In this document: positions 9,268 through 17,927 of the stretch, in pieces
Position numbering within the stretch: position 1 is the stretch's first letter
How the letters are laid out: every line of letters begins with the position of its first letter
From: an uncultured Candidatus Saccharibacteria bacterium
GTDB lineage: Bacteria; Patescibacteriota; Minisyncoccia; Phycocordibacterales; UBA1006
Assembly: GCA_964601935.1 (NCBI GenBank)
Contig: CAZROP010000002.1
Coordinates: 7,299 to 71,298 of the forward strand
Length of the DNA: 64,000 bases
Reading direction: 5' to 3'
Position numbers and translations under genes: made by a program
Notes under the pieces: model-generated
Seen by the model: the letters and a program-made list of their open reading frames with translations, nothing else
What the model was told of the DNA's origin: nothing
Databases searched by the model: none

Positions 9268-10173
9268 TTAGTTATTCGCAAAAGCTTGCTCCAGTGTCGC
9301 TATATCAAACTTCTTCATCCCCATAAAGGCTTGGGTGACGCGCGCAATCTGTTCTGGTGTTCCGGCCTGCATCATTTCATTCATGCGTCGTGGAGTGATC
9401 TGCCAGGATACTCCATAGGCGTCCTTTAGCCAGCCGCATTGTTCTGATTCGGGAACTGCAGATAACTTTTCCCAGTAGTGGTCGATTTCTTCCTGAGTAT
9501 CACAATTAACTATGAACGAAACCGCTTCGTTAAACGCAAAATCATGCTGATTTCCGCTATCCATAGCAACAAACCATTGATTCTCTAGTTTGAAGTCAGT
9601 AAACATGGTCGTTCCCTCTGTGTTTGGCTCCATTCCTGCAGGGTAGTGAACAAGGGCGCCGCGTGTGCTGTCTTTGAATACAGAGAGATAAAAATCAGAT
9701 GCTTCTTCTGCTTTGCCGTGTACGATACCAGTAAACAGAAGAGATGGGATAATTAGCGGGCGCTCTTCGCCTTCGGGTTTTGTATAGATCAATTGCCAGG
9801 AGATACCGTATTTGTCCTCTATCCATCCATAGCGTTCGCTGAATGGGTAAGTATCTAGGGGCATGAGTACCTTTCCGCCCGGTAGTAGCTTGTTCCATAT
9901 ATCGTTGATGTCGGTGGGGGCATTTGCGTTCTGTGATGGGTCAAAATTCACCATAAAGGATATCGATGGATTAATTTTGAACAGAGGTCCTGCGCTAATT
10001 GACATAAATGAATACCCCATGACGTCAAAGGCCATAATATCGCAATCACCAGAGGGTGTATCATGAATGACCGATGAGTGGGTGATCTTCGAATTAGGGA
10101 ATACAGTGGTATAGAATTCCGCTGCTTCTTTTGCTTCCTTGTCGAACCATAAATGCGGTATTATCTTTTGCAT
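9268..10173 (-). CDS. Tandem-domain VOC/PhnB-like protein (3-demethylubiquinone-9 3-methyltransferase family)
   Basis: [35 protein letters not shown] and [14 protein letters not shown] in two domains. Confidence 0.88.
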   Translation of the reverse strand: MQKIIPHLWFDKEAKEAAEFYTTVFPNSKITHSSVIHDTPSGDCDIMAFDVMGYSFMSISAGPLFKINPSISFMVNFDPSQNANAPTDINDIWNKLLPGGKVLMPLDTYPFSERYGWIEDKYGISWQLIYTKPEGEERPLIIPSLLFTGIVHGKAEEASDFYLSVFKDSTRGALVHYPAGMEPNTEGTTMFTDFKLENQWFVAMDSGNQHDFAFNEAVSFIVNCDTQEEIDHYWEKLSAVPESEQCGWLKDAYGVSWQITPRRMNEMMQAGTPEQIARVTQAFMGMKKFDIATLEQAFANN

Positions 10174-10274
10174 ACACGAGGAGCAGGTGTTGTTTCTTGA
10201 ATAGTATTCATAGGTATGAGGATGTTCGGGTTAGTGATTTGTGTGCTAAAGCTTTCGTGTCTTTTGCAGCACCA

Positions 10275-12653
10275 TTATATATTACTTCTCGTCGCGAATT
10301 GTATGATTGTTGTAGCTTGTGTGCTGGGCTGTAGGGTGATTGTTTTTGTATCAGAAGAGACAACGTAGGACGCATTTGCAGAATCTACAGTTTTGGCTCC
10401 AGCAGGGATGAGAATTGTCATTGGACTGGTGATGCCTTTTGCAGTTATCTCGTATTTTTTCAGTGTTGGGTTGTACGTGGTAGAAATAACGGCACGTTCT
10501 TTTACTGTTATGGTGAAGTCGGTACCATAACGTAGTTTCAGAGCATCTCGTGAAAAGATATTAGTAGAGTTTTTTGTAGTGTTTTCACTCACAATCAAAA
10601 TTCGCCCGTCTGTTTCTAGATCTTGGGTCAATTTTGAAGCAGTCTTTGCTATGGTCATGAGCGTTTGGTTTGCCTTGCCCATTACAAAATGTTTACCATC
10701 AACGTCAGTCACTGTTGCGCCGGATGCTTCTGCTGTGGTGAGAGGCGCCTTTACGATATCAACCGCTGATGATTTATTATGAGGATACAGGATTGATATC
10801 CAGTTGTCTCCTCGTGAGACGGTATTCATTGATAGAACTGTGTGCGTCCCGGTTTTATCATAATCAGTTTCGTGCACAGCCTGGAATGTTTCGCGGTTTT
10901 GACGACTGTTACGTGAAGCAGAAAAGGCTGTGAGACGTGTTACTCCATCAGCACGATCCCATATATCCATGTCGCGTACCTGTGAATAGGTGCCGACACC
11001 ATGCAGCAGAAACTCGGCTCGTCGTCGGGTATTCAGATCCGCGTCATCATTGATAACGAGGAATTTGTCGTTAGTCATTACAAATTCGCGTGTCACCTGG
11101 GCGTTACCGTAATGAGATCGAATGAGAGCCTGTTTGAATACGCCACGGTCAAAATTGTTGAGAAACTCCACGCCCTCGCTCACTTTGCCGTCACCATCCT
11201 TGGGTGCGCCTTGATCCAGATAGATGAGGCTGTGGTTCTTTGCTTTGGATACTTCATCTCTGCGATCCCAACGAATGTATCCAGGGTCATAGGTTACATA
11301 ATCCCCATTGAAAAACATAAAGAAGCTGGTCTCGTCGCCCTGGTTGTGTCCGCCCGCTGTTTCCAGTGCACGACCGCCTTTTGCCTGAATATGTAGATAG
11401 AGCGCTTTTGGATCCCAGCTGCTACGATAGACAATGTCTCCTGATTCTTTGTTCAGCCACCAGGTTGGTCCTGTTGGCGCAGTAGGTGTCTGTAGTGATC
11501 CCAGATACTCGGCACGGAGATCGGTGATTTCGTTGATGCCTGATACTACTGGTTTGTATGTTTGGGTAAAGAATGTACCAGGAACATCAGCAATGGCTAC
11601 CTCTGGCCACGTCATATTGGTAAAGCTGTCCTCGATCGCAGGAATTCTGCCGTCGGGCAGTCTAATCATATTGGCCCACTCGTACAGTCGGGTATAGTCT
11701 CTGTTGTATGCTGGATGCTGATAGGTGTGCGTCTTGCTACCTAGTTTCCAGGTATGTGTACCGTCAGGTACATAATTCTTGAGTGCCTCAAAAAATGGCA
11801 GCATGTTTTTCATTGCGTATTTCAGGTAATAGGGACCCTCTGTATATCCATAAATACCTGGTGGTGTTGATACGCCTGACTTTCGCTTGTGATGCCCGAA
11901 CAAAACCTCATGAATACTCCACATGCCGGCATTGACCCATTTCGAGGCATCTTTGTGTTCGTTCAATACGATGCCGCCCAATCCAATAGCAGAGGCCGTC
12001 ATGAGTGAGTGATTGTTAATAATAGTTGTTGCTATAGACACACCGACAATCCCTTCAGTAAATTTATCATGCAAGTCTCCTGTAAATTGCTCTAGTTTTA
12101 TTCGTGCGTTTTTCAGTCTTTCAGGAGGAACATTAGCGCCGAGAAGTAGATCATAAGCGGTCAAATAATTGATGAGCTCTTTTGATCGCCACTGCCATTC
12201 GGTGTAGTTTATTTTGGAGTCAACCGTATTATTATGCACTTCCAGTAGCATGATCGCTTTTTCGGTGAGTTCGGTAATTTTTGGTTGTAACAAAGGCTTC
12301 AGTTCTTTGTCGAGACCTACTAATAGAATAAATGCTATTGCTTTTGCCTGATCTGAGCGGGCCTGGCGACTGCTGGAAGAAGGCGGTATAGGGCTATTTG
12401 CTAAATCAAATAAATCCTTGTATATACCTAGACGCTCCACACTCGCGAGCGACTTCAGGCCGTTTATCATGCCCGGTAATTCTGATTTTTTAATTATAGT
12501 ACGGGGTCGATCTGAATTTGCGCCAGACGGGTTCCATTGTGCCAGGGTGGGCAAGGGGGCAGAAATACTGCCTACCGATAGAAGTACTACGATAATAGCT
12601 AGGCTAGATCGCATATGATTACTCATTTTTGTAAACGTTGTGGGTAAGGACAT
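10275..12653 (-). CDS. Secreted heparinase II/III-like polysaccharide lyase
   Basis: Signal peptide; helical N-domain with NNH, YTEGPYY and RLPDGRIPAIEDS; C-domain with GHNQGDETSF, DPGY and NHSLI. Confidence 0.7.
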   Translation of the reverse strand: MSLPTTFTKMSNHMRSSLAIIVVLLSVGSISAPLPTLAQWNPSGANSDRPRTIIKKSELPGMINGLKSLASVERLGIYKDLFDLANSPIPPSSSSRQARSDQAKAIAFILLVGLDKELKPLLQPKITELTEKAIMLLEVHNNTVDSKINYTEWQWRSKELINYLTAYDLLLGANVPPERLKNARIKLEQFTGDLHDKFTEGIVGVSIATTIINNHSLMTASAIGLGGIVLNEHKDASKWVNAGMWSIHEVLFGHHKRKSGVSTPPGIYGYTEGPYYLKYAMKNMLPFFEALKNYVPDGTHTWKLGSKTHTYQHPAYNRDYTRLYEWANMIRLPDGRIPAIEDSFTNMTWPEVAIADVPGTFFTQTYKPVVSGINEITDLRAEYLGSLQTPTAPTGPTWWLNKESGDIVYRSSWDPKALYLHIQAKGGRALETAGGHNQGDETSFFMFFNGDYVTYDPGYIRWDRRDEVSKAKNHSLIYLDQGAPKDGDGKVSEGVEFLNNFDRGVFKQALIRSHYGNAQVTREFVMTNDKFLVINDDADLNTRRRAEFLLHGVGTYSQVRDMDIWDRADGVTRLTAFSASRNSRQNRETFQAVHETDYDKTGTHTVLSMNTVSRGDNWISILYPHNKSSAVDIVKAPLTTAEASGATVTDVDGKHFVMGKANQTLMTIAKTASKLTQDLETDGRILIVSENTTKNSTNIFSRDALKLRYGTDFTITVKERAVISTTYNPTLKKYEITAKGITSPMTILIPAGAKTVDSANASYVVSSDTKTITLQPSTQATTIIQFATRSNI

Positions 12654-12773
12654 AGTGATGTATTGAGAGATCGGATAACACGCATATTGTACCGCGCCAC
12701 CCTAGCAAACGTATGGGGATATGTGGTGGTCAGCCATGGGTATGGTCATTAGAAGAATAACGATAAAGCAAGA

Positions 12774-13121
12774 TCACTTCCTCAATGCGTTGATGGTCTG
12801 TGTCTGGTTTTCAATAATTTGTAGCATTTTTCTATTCTCATTAATTAACGATTGGTTGACCTCTAATATTTGTTCACGCTCTTCAATTTTTTGAGAATAC
12901 TCTTTGTAAGTCACAGAATTTATATGAAAAGAATCAATGACTAGTGTTGCCACCATAATTATCATCGTAATGAATGCCACAATGAAAATTCCTATAATTA
13001 GGTTGGTCTGCGTATCGTATCTTGTCAGGATTGCCTGTATTTCAGACTTGGGGTCAGAAAATTCAATTGAGGGATTATTGTTTTCTTTAAGATCTTTAGA
13101 GAATGTAATACTCTTTTTCAT
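12774..13121 (-). CDS. Hypothetical protein with one TM segment and a coiled coil
   Basis: 115-aa ORF with a hydrophobic core and a heptad-rich C-terminus. Confidence 0.6.
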   Translation of the reverse strand: MKKSITFSKDLKENNNPSIEFSDPKSEIQAILTRYDTQTNLIIGIFIVAFITMIIMVATLVIDSFHINSVTYKEYSQKIEEREQILEVNQSLINENRKMLQIIENQTQTINALRK

Positions 13122-13125
13122 AAGT

Positions 13126-13341
13126 TTAGTAGACGCCTTTAATTACAATTACCTCTCCATCGACGTCCACTTCAAAATCTCGATTTCTGAATTGTGTGAA
13201 ATCTACCCCAGATATATTTACACCTTGTCCAAATCGAACCCCAGGCCCAAAAGTAACACCGCCTACGCGAGTGCGCTGCCTTGGCTCCACTGAGCCATCC
13301 GGATAAGTATTAAAGAGTGATTCAAAGTTAAGCCTTGCCAT
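13126..13341 (-). CDS. Small Gly-rich beta-type hypothetical protein
   Basis: MARLNFESLF...VGGVTFGPGVRFGQGVNISGVDF; TATAAT box about 9 nt upstream of the ATG. Confidence 0.65.
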   Translation of the reverse strand: MARLNFESLFNTYPDGSVEPRQRTRVGGVTFGPGVRFGQGVNISGVDFTQFRNRDFEVDVDGEVIVIKGVY

Positions 13342-13400
13342 ATAGCAATCATTATACACCTTTTATATATTTAAAATCCGGTTTGTAGTCACCCCCCCCC

Positions 13401-13757
13401 CTAGTCCGCAGTTTTGAAAGTCCATTCATTAATATTTAGTAAGACCAAAGCATCATCAGGCTCTCCCCAGATTGAAGAGCTTTTATCCCAATAAAAGAAG
13501 TGTGAGTTGTTGCTCTGGTTTTTGCTAACCTTGTATGAGCCTGCTTTAGTATAAATAACAACCAGGTCGTCTTTTTTAACTTCCTGATCTTGAAACCAGA
13601 AGGTTTCAGACACCCGACTGGAGACACTTGTCTCAGAAGATTTATTAGACTTAAAAATAGCATATTGCCCTACGTCAGTATCTTCCAAAACCCTCAGAAC
13701 AACGCGTTCCTTTTGTATATTGCCGATATCTTCAATTCCCATAATTTTTAATCGCAT
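13401..13757 (-). CDS. Hypothetical beta-sandwich protein (lamin-tail-domain-like)
   Basis: ERVVLRV...FWF...VKKDDLVVIYTKAG...HFFYW...IW...DDALVL pattern. Confidence 0.6.
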   Translation of the reverse strand: MRLKIMGIEDIGNIQKERVVLRVLEDTDVGQYAIFKSNKSSETSVSSRVSETFWFQDQEVKKDDLVVIYTKAGSYKVSKNQSNNSHFFYWDKSSSIWGEPDDALVLLNINEWTFKTAD

Positions 13758-13760
13758 ACA

Positions 13761-14210
13761 TTATTTTTTTCTATGTAACCAGTCAGGATCTATGAAAGCT
13801 AAGGCAAAACTTATTACACATAATACAAAAATTCCTAACCGATATTGCTCCAAATCTGAGACAAAAATTAAGCCCCCCAATAATCCGCCTATAGCGTATA
13901 GAAGAGATCTGACTGTTACAGAATCTTTTAACCCTATTAAGCGTTCAGTTAATACGGCAAGTTCTTCACTTTTTTTATAATAATCTTCTTTAAATATTTT
14001 TAATTCAGTCAGATCGCGTCCTAGACGGGAAATTTCGCCTAACAGGATCTTGGTCACTAACCTTAAGTTTTTCGCATTTTTTATTTCCTCTTCCGTTATA
14101 ATGCTGTTCAGACCTGACCATGGAGTTTTGGCGTTTGCAAGGGACTTGATATCTTCGGCTTCAAATGAGACTGTCGGCTCCTCGTCAGGTTTTCCTATTT
14201 TTCTAGCCAT
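13761..14210 (-). CDS. Hypothetical protein with a coiled coil and two C-terminal TM segments
   Basis: 149-aa ORF ending 3 nt upstream of the next gene. Confidence 0.65.
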   Translation of the reverse strand: MARKIGKPDEEPTVSFEAEDIKSLANAKTPWSGLNSIITEEEIKNAKNLRLVTKILLGEISRLGRDLTELKIFKEDYYKKSEELAVLTERLIGLKDSVTVRSLLYAIGGLLGGLIFVSDLEQYRLGIFVLCVISFALAFIDPDWLHRKK

Positions 14211-14432
14211 ATTATATTAAGCTGCAGTTTAAATGTAAATACATAAAATAAGTAAGAGTTGTTTTGCCAATGTTGCCACAAGAGGACTTAGCTCGAAGTT
14301 TTGAAGTTTTTATCAATAATATAGGCTTATTTCAGACGTGGACCGAAAATATGCGCAATTTTATGACTAAAGATAGGGAAGAGTCAGTTTCGACTATTAA
14401 ATTATAGGGCACCCGTGATATAATTGCTATAT

Positions 14433-14582
14433 ATGATTACAAATAGGAAAGATAATCTCACAGATGTTATACAAGCTTCGCCGACAAAACCGAGCTCAGT
14501 CCCATCTACTGATTCGCCCAGTAAACCTGGTCCTCAGCAGGTGGTAGATAATACCGGACAGGTTGTAACATTGGGAAAATAG
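14433..14582 (+). CDS. Putative 49-aa small protein (Pro/Ser-rich)
   Basis: MITNRKDNLTDVIQASPTKPSSVPSTDSPSKPGPQQVVDNTGQVVTLGK*; TGATATAAT extended -10 lies 8 nt upstream. Confidence 0.45.
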   Translation: MITNRKDNLTDVIQASPTKPSSVPSTDSPSKPGPQQVVDNTGQVVTLGK

Positions 14583-14751
14583 GGGTGTTCTAATCGTTTT
14601 TAGTATATAGGAAAAAACACTCGAAGTTTTACGGGTTTTCTATTGTGTATTTTAAACAAGCGAATACAGGCAAGGCAAATTCTTTTCCCAAAAAGAAGAA
14701 TTTGACGATGTCTGTAGATTCGCTTGTTACAAAATTTATAAACTCCTACGA

Positions 14752-15564
14752 TTATGGGGTGTCTGGCCTACTAGGATGAGTCTCTTCGGTAGCTGGTTCA
14801 GCGCGAGTGGCAAACAGTCCTGACTCAAATTCAAGCTTACGAGCTGGTATTATCACTTTTGTTAAATAGGTAATCAAGTTGTCTAGAATGTCTTTACATT
14901 CTCCAGTGAGGTTTTGGTACTTTTCAGATACTTGTAAATCCATAAAATTCCATTCGAGTCCTACTAGACCCTCAGCGGTTACTAAAAGTATTAATTCTCT
15001 AATGTAATTCTCAGCTTCCCCCTGATTTTTCACAAGGAGGTGTCGAGTAATCTTTAGGTATAAAAGTATAATTTTGTCTGAGGATTCGTGGAAAATATCC
15101 TTACTTAGAGAGTCAGTTTTTTCTGACATGTACATATATTGGTCAAACTTTTCATAATCTCCGGTTAGTAGTAATGCCTCGCATAGGTTCGTAAAAATAC
15201 GTGGATCCGGTCTTATGTAGAATGCTTCCACCCACTTTTTACCAGCGTGTACGTAGTGGTGTCTATGAAGTGCTTGTGCGGCTGCTTCATCCAGGCTAAT
15301 AAATCGAGTTTCAACTAACTGTCGTAATGCATAATATGCCGCAAATATCCCGAGCAGTAAGGTGGCAGCTTGGATCATTAGATTAAGTATAGCTACTTTC
15401 TCTGATAGGTCAGAGGGCTTAGTCGCTAAAAATATGATATATGTGATTACAGAGAGAATAACTAAAATCCCTATCAGTACGGTCTGAAATCTTTTATTAA
15501 ATGAGGGGTAGGGGAGTATCTTTTCCCAAAAATTCTTCGCCACTTTCTTCATACTACTCATCAA
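14752..15564 (-). CDS. Hypothetical protein with two N-terminal TM segments and a TPR-like helical domain
   Basis: 270-aa ORF; AFYIRPDPRIFTNLCEALLLTGDYEK is a TPR-like segment. Confidence 0.65.
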   Translation of the reverse strand: MMSSMKKVAKNFWEKILPYPSFNKRFQTVLIGILVILSVITYIIFLATKPSDLSEKVAILNLMIQAATLLLGIFAAYYALRQLVETRFISLDEAAAQALHRHHYVHAGKKWVEAFYIRPDPRIFTNLCEALLLTGDYEKFDQYMYMSEKTDSLSKDIFHESSDKIILLYLKITRHLLVKNQGEAENYIRELILLVTAEGLVGLEWNFMDLQVSEKYQNLTGECKDILDNLITYLTKVIIPARKLEFESGLFATRAEPATEETHPSRPDTP

Positions 15565-15775
15565 GATTAAAAATTACTTTCCCTTTACCAAAGGCAGCAA
15601 TTCGTTCTAGTGAAGAAGGCAGCATTCTGTGGCAATTGCGTATTATTAAGGTCGCACCTGATTGCGCTGCAAGTGCAGCAAAACGCTCCAGCGTGGCTGG
15701 AAGATACTTTGGAGCATCGACAGATACTCCGCCCCCAAATGCAATTATTCTTTCTATCGATTGAGGTAAAAACAT
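15554..15775 (-). CDS. Small hypothetical protein with three internal repeats
   Basis: LPQSIERI / LPATLERF / LPSSLERI. Confidence 0.7.
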   Translation of the reverse strand: MFLPQSIERIIAFGGGVSVDAPKYLPATLERFAALAAQSGATLIIRNCHRMLPSSLERIAAFGKGKVIFNLDE

Positions 15776-15824
15776 ACAAAGGCCAAGGTGAATTAGCTAC
15801 GTAATCTTACCATAACGCCCGTGT

Positions 15825-16607
15825 TTAACAATTCAATGCCTTCCTCCATCCAGCCTGGATCGCATCCTGTTCAGAGCAAAACCACTTCTCACCCTCTGAT
15901 TCGTCGATGATGGTAGCATTATAGGACCTGCATCCTTGGACATGGTAGATCTTCTCTTTCTTTGCATTGGTACTGATATTTCCTTTGATGGTACAAGAGG
16001 AGGTTGGAGCAGGTACGGTAGCTTGAGCTACTGGAGTAGCGACAATTGCTGTAGGTACAACCGTTTTCAGTGTCCCAGAAGCCGTATTTTGACACGTAGA
16101 GCCCCATAATCCTTTCTTTTGGTCTGATGCCTGTTTCTGTGCACTCTTGAATTCTACTTGATATTTGTAGGGTAGATCATAGGTATACTCGTAAGCATAT
16201 CCATCCTTGATCATAGAGAGGTTTACATTGGTCCCATTTGATAGGAGTACATATCGTAAAAGACGGCCGTACTTGTCTTTATCCCCCTGAGTATCATCTT
16301 TTTCTAGGAATACCTTTTTACCAGTCAGCAAAGACTTTGCCTTATTAGATGCTTCTTTACCAAAACACTCTACTGGTTTACGAGGATCTACCGTTTCTGG
16401 TGTGTTTACACCAATGAGACGTATACGTTCTTTTTTGCCACTGATCATTACATCGATGGTATCTCCATCCACAACCCTTACTACTTTGTAGAGTTTGGAT
16501 GATTGAGCGGTCTGGGTGGTAATAGGCACTGTACTGGTTGTTTGAGCCAGTAGCAGGCTCGGGTTAAATGTGAGGGCGAGGGTTAGGGTGATGAGAAGGG
16601 TTTTCAT
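15825..16607 (-). CDS. Secreted thermonuclease (SNase family) with a C-terminal Ada-like metal-binding domain
   Basis: Signal peptide; VVDGDT, IRLIGVNTPE, DKYGRLLRYV; C-terminal IKGN...IYH..GC..Y...WFCSEQDAIQAGWR. Confidence 0.9.
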   Translation of the reverse strand: MKTLLITLTLALTFNPSLLLAQTTSTVPITTQTAQSSKLYKVVRVVDGDTIDVMISGKKERIRLIGVNTPETVDPRKPVECFGKEASNKAKSLLTGKKVFLEKDDTQGDKDKYGRLLRYVLLSNGTNVNLSMIKDGYAYEYTYDLPYKYQVEFKSAQKQASDQKKGLWGSTCQNTASGTLKTVVPTAIVATPVAQATVPAPTSSCTIKGNISTNAKKEKIYHVQGCRSYNATIIDESEGEKWFCSEQDAIQAGWRKALNC

Positions 16608-16612
16608 ATTGA

Positions 16613-17224
16613 TTATTTAATATTAACTTTAGCATCACAAGAGTTGCTTCCTGTAGGTTCAGCCTTTAAGAAGTCGCACAACTTGTAAACTTCAAAGTTC
16701 TGCCAGTTTATCTTTTCGAATAAGTTTCGGTCCATTGAATAGTATAGCGCTAAATTATTTGAAACATTGCCATACTTGTCAGTAGTGTCAGCGTAATAGT
16801 GGATATCTATATCCTGAACCTTAGGATATATGGAGTATATATCCTGGAAGAGTTTGCCAGAGACTTGTCCTGTCTCTCGATAGAGCGATTTAGCAGTAAG
16901 AAAGTCTCCAACATGTAATTTCACAATAACTTGCTTTGAATCTACTCCAGAATCAACCATCTCTGCATGTACATAGGTAAAGGTTTTTGAAGTGCGAGAT
17001 ATGGTTGTCGCCGTTCCTCGTTCAAAAGATTGTGCATATATTGATACTATAGGGGTTGCATCTACTTTTTTCTGAACCTCCTTAGCTTCTTCGCCTGGAT
17101 CAAAGAAATTATTAATACGACCTATTACAATAATGAATAGAATAATTCCTCCTATGAGTGTGAGGATTGGGTGTTTTTCAAACCAGGTGGGTTGTTCTGA
17201 ATCTGGGGTTGGGTGTGGGTTCAT
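16613..17224 (-). CDS. Membrane-anchored hypothetical protein
   Basis: 203 aa with a single N-terminal TM segment; first gene after the structured leader. Confidence 0.7.
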   Translation of the reverse strand: MNPHPTPDSEQPTWFEKHPILTLIGGIILFIIVIGRINNFFDPGEEAKEVQKKVDATPIVSIYAQSFERGTATTISRTSKTFTYVHAEMVDSGVDSKQVIVKLHVGDFLTAKSLYRETGQVSGKLFQDIYSIYPKVQDIDIHYYADTTDKYGNVSNNLALYYSMDRNLFEKINWQNFEVYKLCDFLKAEPTGSNSCDAKVNIK

Positions 17225-17230
17225 AAATGG

Positions 17231-17374
17231 TGCTTGATAGGGCTTTTAATAAGTTCATGAAAGGCTTCATACAAAAAGCCCGCCACGAGTAGAGACCGAA
17301 GTCTCTCATACCTGTTTCCAGGTATGGCCTATCAAGCAAACCCCATGACGGGTTCTTTATGCTTGATAGGGCTT
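17231..17374. repeat. 15-bp perfect direct repeat flanking the structured RNA
   Basis: TGCTTGATAGGGCTT at 17231-17245 and 17360-17374; inverted CCTATCAAGCA at 17328-17338. Confidence 0.9.
17271..17352 (-). ncRNA. Putative multi-stem antisense RNA (C4/CI-like architecture)
   Basis: 11-bp closing stem with G-U pairs; CAUACCUG-GAAA-CAGGUAUG and AGAGAC-UUCG-GUCUCU hairpins; U-tract; 11-nt segment complementary to the flanking direct repeats. Confidence 0.7.
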
Positions 17375-17513
17375 ACAAAAATTGACCATGCCTAGCGGGT
17401 TTCGCTAGGGTTAGGTCCCTATTAACTTGTCCAAGGTAGTATATACCTTTTTGGTCCAAAATCTATGGGTGTGCGTTAAAAAAGATAGGTGTATAATGAA
17501 TAAGCGATAGCTT

Positions 17514-17909
17514 ATGAAGTGCCAATTTGTCAAAGCAAATAAGGACCAATGCAGATGTCATGCGGTAAGCGGTGATAGCTTTTGCTTTAATCATTCTGAA
17601 AAGACAAAAAACCAGAAGCTGAATGCGGTTCGTAAGGGTGGATATGCCATGAAGTTTAAACCCAGCATTATGACCAGTCCGATACCTTTGCGTACAGGAG
17701 CGGATATTCTGGGCCTGCTTGAAGATATTGTAGGCGGTCTCAAAGTTGGCCCCATTACACCACAAAAAGCTAACTCTCTAGTGAGTATTGCAGGACTTGC
17801 GTTGAAAGTGCAAGAAACAAGTCAGGGGGTGAAAGAGCCTATGACGGTGTTTGATTTGTTGAAGGAGAAGTTGCATAAGGATAAAGTAAAAGAGCAGGCT
17901 CTAATTTAA
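17514..17909 (+). CDS. Hypothetical protein with an N-terminal C3H zinc-finger-like motif
   Basis: CQFVKANKDQCRCHAVSGDSFCFNH; TATAAT at 17492-17497. Confidence 0.65.
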   Translation: MKCQFVKANKDQCRCHAVSGDSFCFNHSEKTKNQKLNAVRKGGYAMKFKPSIMTSPIPLRTGADILGLLEDIVGGLKVGPITPQKANSLVSIAGLALKVQETSQGVKEPMTVFDLLKEKLHKDKVKEQALI

Positions 17910-17927
17910 TATACTAATAGATAAATT

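Noticed and set aside
13392-13401. C10 homopolymer as a phase-variation tract
   Set aside because: It lies at and after a stop codon and upstream of the next promoter core, so a length change has no evident effect
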